DNA of 64,000 bases from contig CAVSBO010000003.1 of assembly GCA_963726195.1 (NCBI GenBank), positions 544,001-608,000 of the forward strand. The letters are read 5' to 3'. Within the stretch, counting starts at the first letter, position 1. Every line of letters begins with the position of its first letter. Positions 62,887 to 64,000 of this stretch are shown piece by piece. The position numbers and the translations under genes are program-made. Source of the stretch: Candidatus Thorarchaeota archaeon. Its GTDB lineage: Archaea; Asgardarchaeota; Thorarchaeia; Thorarchaeales; Thorarchaeaceae. Under the pieces are notes generated by a model that was not told the origin of the DNA, made no database searches, and saw only the letters and a list, made by a program, of their open reading frames with translations.

Positions 62887-63858
62887 ATGTTTGGAGGCAT
62901 TCTATGGAAAGGAATTGTGTTCGGCATGGCAGTCATGCTGGTCTTGACTGTCGGGACCGAACTCTTGGCATCAGTCGTGTCCGTCGTGGTGTCTGCCCGC
63001 CGCGGCGACCTAATTCCTATTGTCACGGTCTTTCTCGGTACTCTCTTCATTTCCCTAATCCTGCGGCGACTCAAGAAGCACTCTCCGACCAAGTTACTCT
63101 TGTCAATCTTGGTCTACGGAACAATCGGATACGCAGCCGTGGTTTCATTCATAGCTGTTCTTCCATGGGGCCTTCTTCCATCTCTCATGTCCGCGTCGAT
63201 GACAATACTTGGCTTCTCGGTTGCAGCGACTCCCACGCGGTTTGGAGCGTATCGTTCGCAGACCAAGCTTCGTTCTCTGGCACTGCGTACAGACAACCCA
63301 TCAGGTCGAATTACATCATCGGCGATTGCTGCTCTGTCCGACGCCCTCACGGAACAGGCAAGGGTTGTAATCATTCAGGAAGGGGACAGGGACAAGGTCG
63401 TTCAGCTCATGAAGGAGCGACCCCTTCTGCCCGTATCGATTACTCGCCTTGCCGACTGTTATGCAGTTGTCGTCACGTCCCCAAATTCCGACGAGGTTGT
63501 CTTTCGCAGAGCAATCGACACATTGTCAGAGTTTGGCATATCCCGTGTGAAGCGCGCACGGCATTTGCTCGCAGAGGCTATCCTCATGCTTCCGCTCATT
63601 GACGAGTCATATGGTTTCAGCATGCGTGAGTACCGAGTTGTAAGGGACGACACGACGATGACGCACGTGATTTCTCAATGGCCCGAAAGACTGACTATCT
63701 TTGCGACCAAAGAAGGTCTCGGGGCTCTGGTTCCGGAACGGGCCGCCACAGGTCTGAAGACTGAGCAACTCCCGCGCGGCCTTGAAACCGACGTGGTTCT
63801 GTTTAGGAATTACTCTCTGCTCCAAGGAGATGATGAGTCTGGATCACAAGCCGCTTGA
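62887..63858 (+). CDS. Membrane protein (4 N-terminal TM + soluble domain)
   Basis: AGGAG RBS; four hydrophobic segments. Confidence 0.75.
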   Translation: MFGGILWKGIVFGMAVMLVLTVGTELLASVVSVVVSARRGDLIPIVTVFLGTLFISLILRRLKKHSPTKLLLSILVYGTIGYAAVVSFIAVLPWGLLPSLMSASMTILGFSVAATPTRFGAYRSQTKLRSLALRTDNPSGRITSSAIAALSDALTEQARVVIIQEGDRDKVVQLMKERPLLPVSITRLADCYAVVVTSPNSDEVVFRRAIDTLSEFGISRVKRARHLLAEAILMLPLIDESYGFSMREYRVVRDDTTMTHVISQWPERLTIFATKEGLGALVPERAATGLKTEQLPRGLETDVVLFRNYSLLQGDDESGSQAA

Positions 63859-64000
63859 AGAGATTGAAGTGGACACTACTCCTCGTTTTTCGTTAGTGCC
63901 CAAAACACTAGACGCGGTGTTGGGAAGACTGCTCGCGCCTAGCCAAGTCAGCCTGCTGCATGGTCCCAACCGTGCGCCACTGACAGCGCTTGCACACTTG
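63833..64000 (+). CDS. Inactivated RecA/RadA-fold protein (ImuA-like), runs off window end
   Basis: Manual translation MSLDHKPLEEIEVDTTPRFSLVPKTLDAVLGRLLAPSQVSLLHGPNRAPLTALAHL matches LD.hLGG....h..hhG pre-P-loop, but GKT is replaced by PLT. Confidence 0.6.
   Translation, partial: MSLDHKPLEEIEVDTTPRFSLVPKTLDAVLGRLLAPSQVSLLHGPNRAPLTALAHL

Noticed and set aside
49734-64000. Operon as provirus, conjugative element or CRISPR/defence locus
   Set aside because: No integrase, relaxase, capsid, att repeats, cas genes or obvious compositional shift are visible, and the ATPase is degenerate. Cannot be fully excluded because the operon is truncated.
1-64000. rRNA, tRNA, CRISPR arrays, transposases
   Set aside because: None recognised by eye; no regularly spaced repeats seen.

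Overview
Archaeal chromosomal DNA (~52% GC by eye, GGTGA/GGAGG RBSs). It is most likely from an Asgard archaeon such as Thorarchaeia; this is inferred from two roadblock/LC7 proteins, an S1P-like subtilase, and AOR/Mer/UroD-type metabolism. No rRNA, tRNA, CRISPR array or IS element was recognised. Layout: (1) 1-21.3 kb is a catabolic region with an aminotransferase, RraA, UroD/MtaA, GlcD/GlcF-like pair, MoaD, APC permease, two DUF917 genes, hydantoin racemase, MFS, Mer-like LLM and AOR, plus a HARE-HTH/degenerate Mrr protein. (2) 21.5-49 kb is mixed housekeeping: orphan m6A MTase, DegT, SerB-like, AlkA, ABC-2, CPBP, S1P-like protease, roadblocks, GlmS, RimK, EamA-Lrp and GH3. It also holds two unannotated micro-ORFs, one of which is essentially a bare PCNA-binding (PIP-box) peptide. 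(3) 49.7 kb to the window end is the main candidate new system, a translationally coupled operon of at least 14 genes. It combines three RecA-fold proteins, XPD and Hel308-SWIM helicases, a membrane-anchored catalytically dead HerA/VirB4-like ATPase and three other membrane proteins, suggesting a membrane-linked DNA uptake/recombination-repair machine. About a dozen genes carry single-base frameshifts (mostly +1 insertions), most likely long-read consensus errors rather than pseudogenes. All family assignments are motif recognition by eye; no database search was run.
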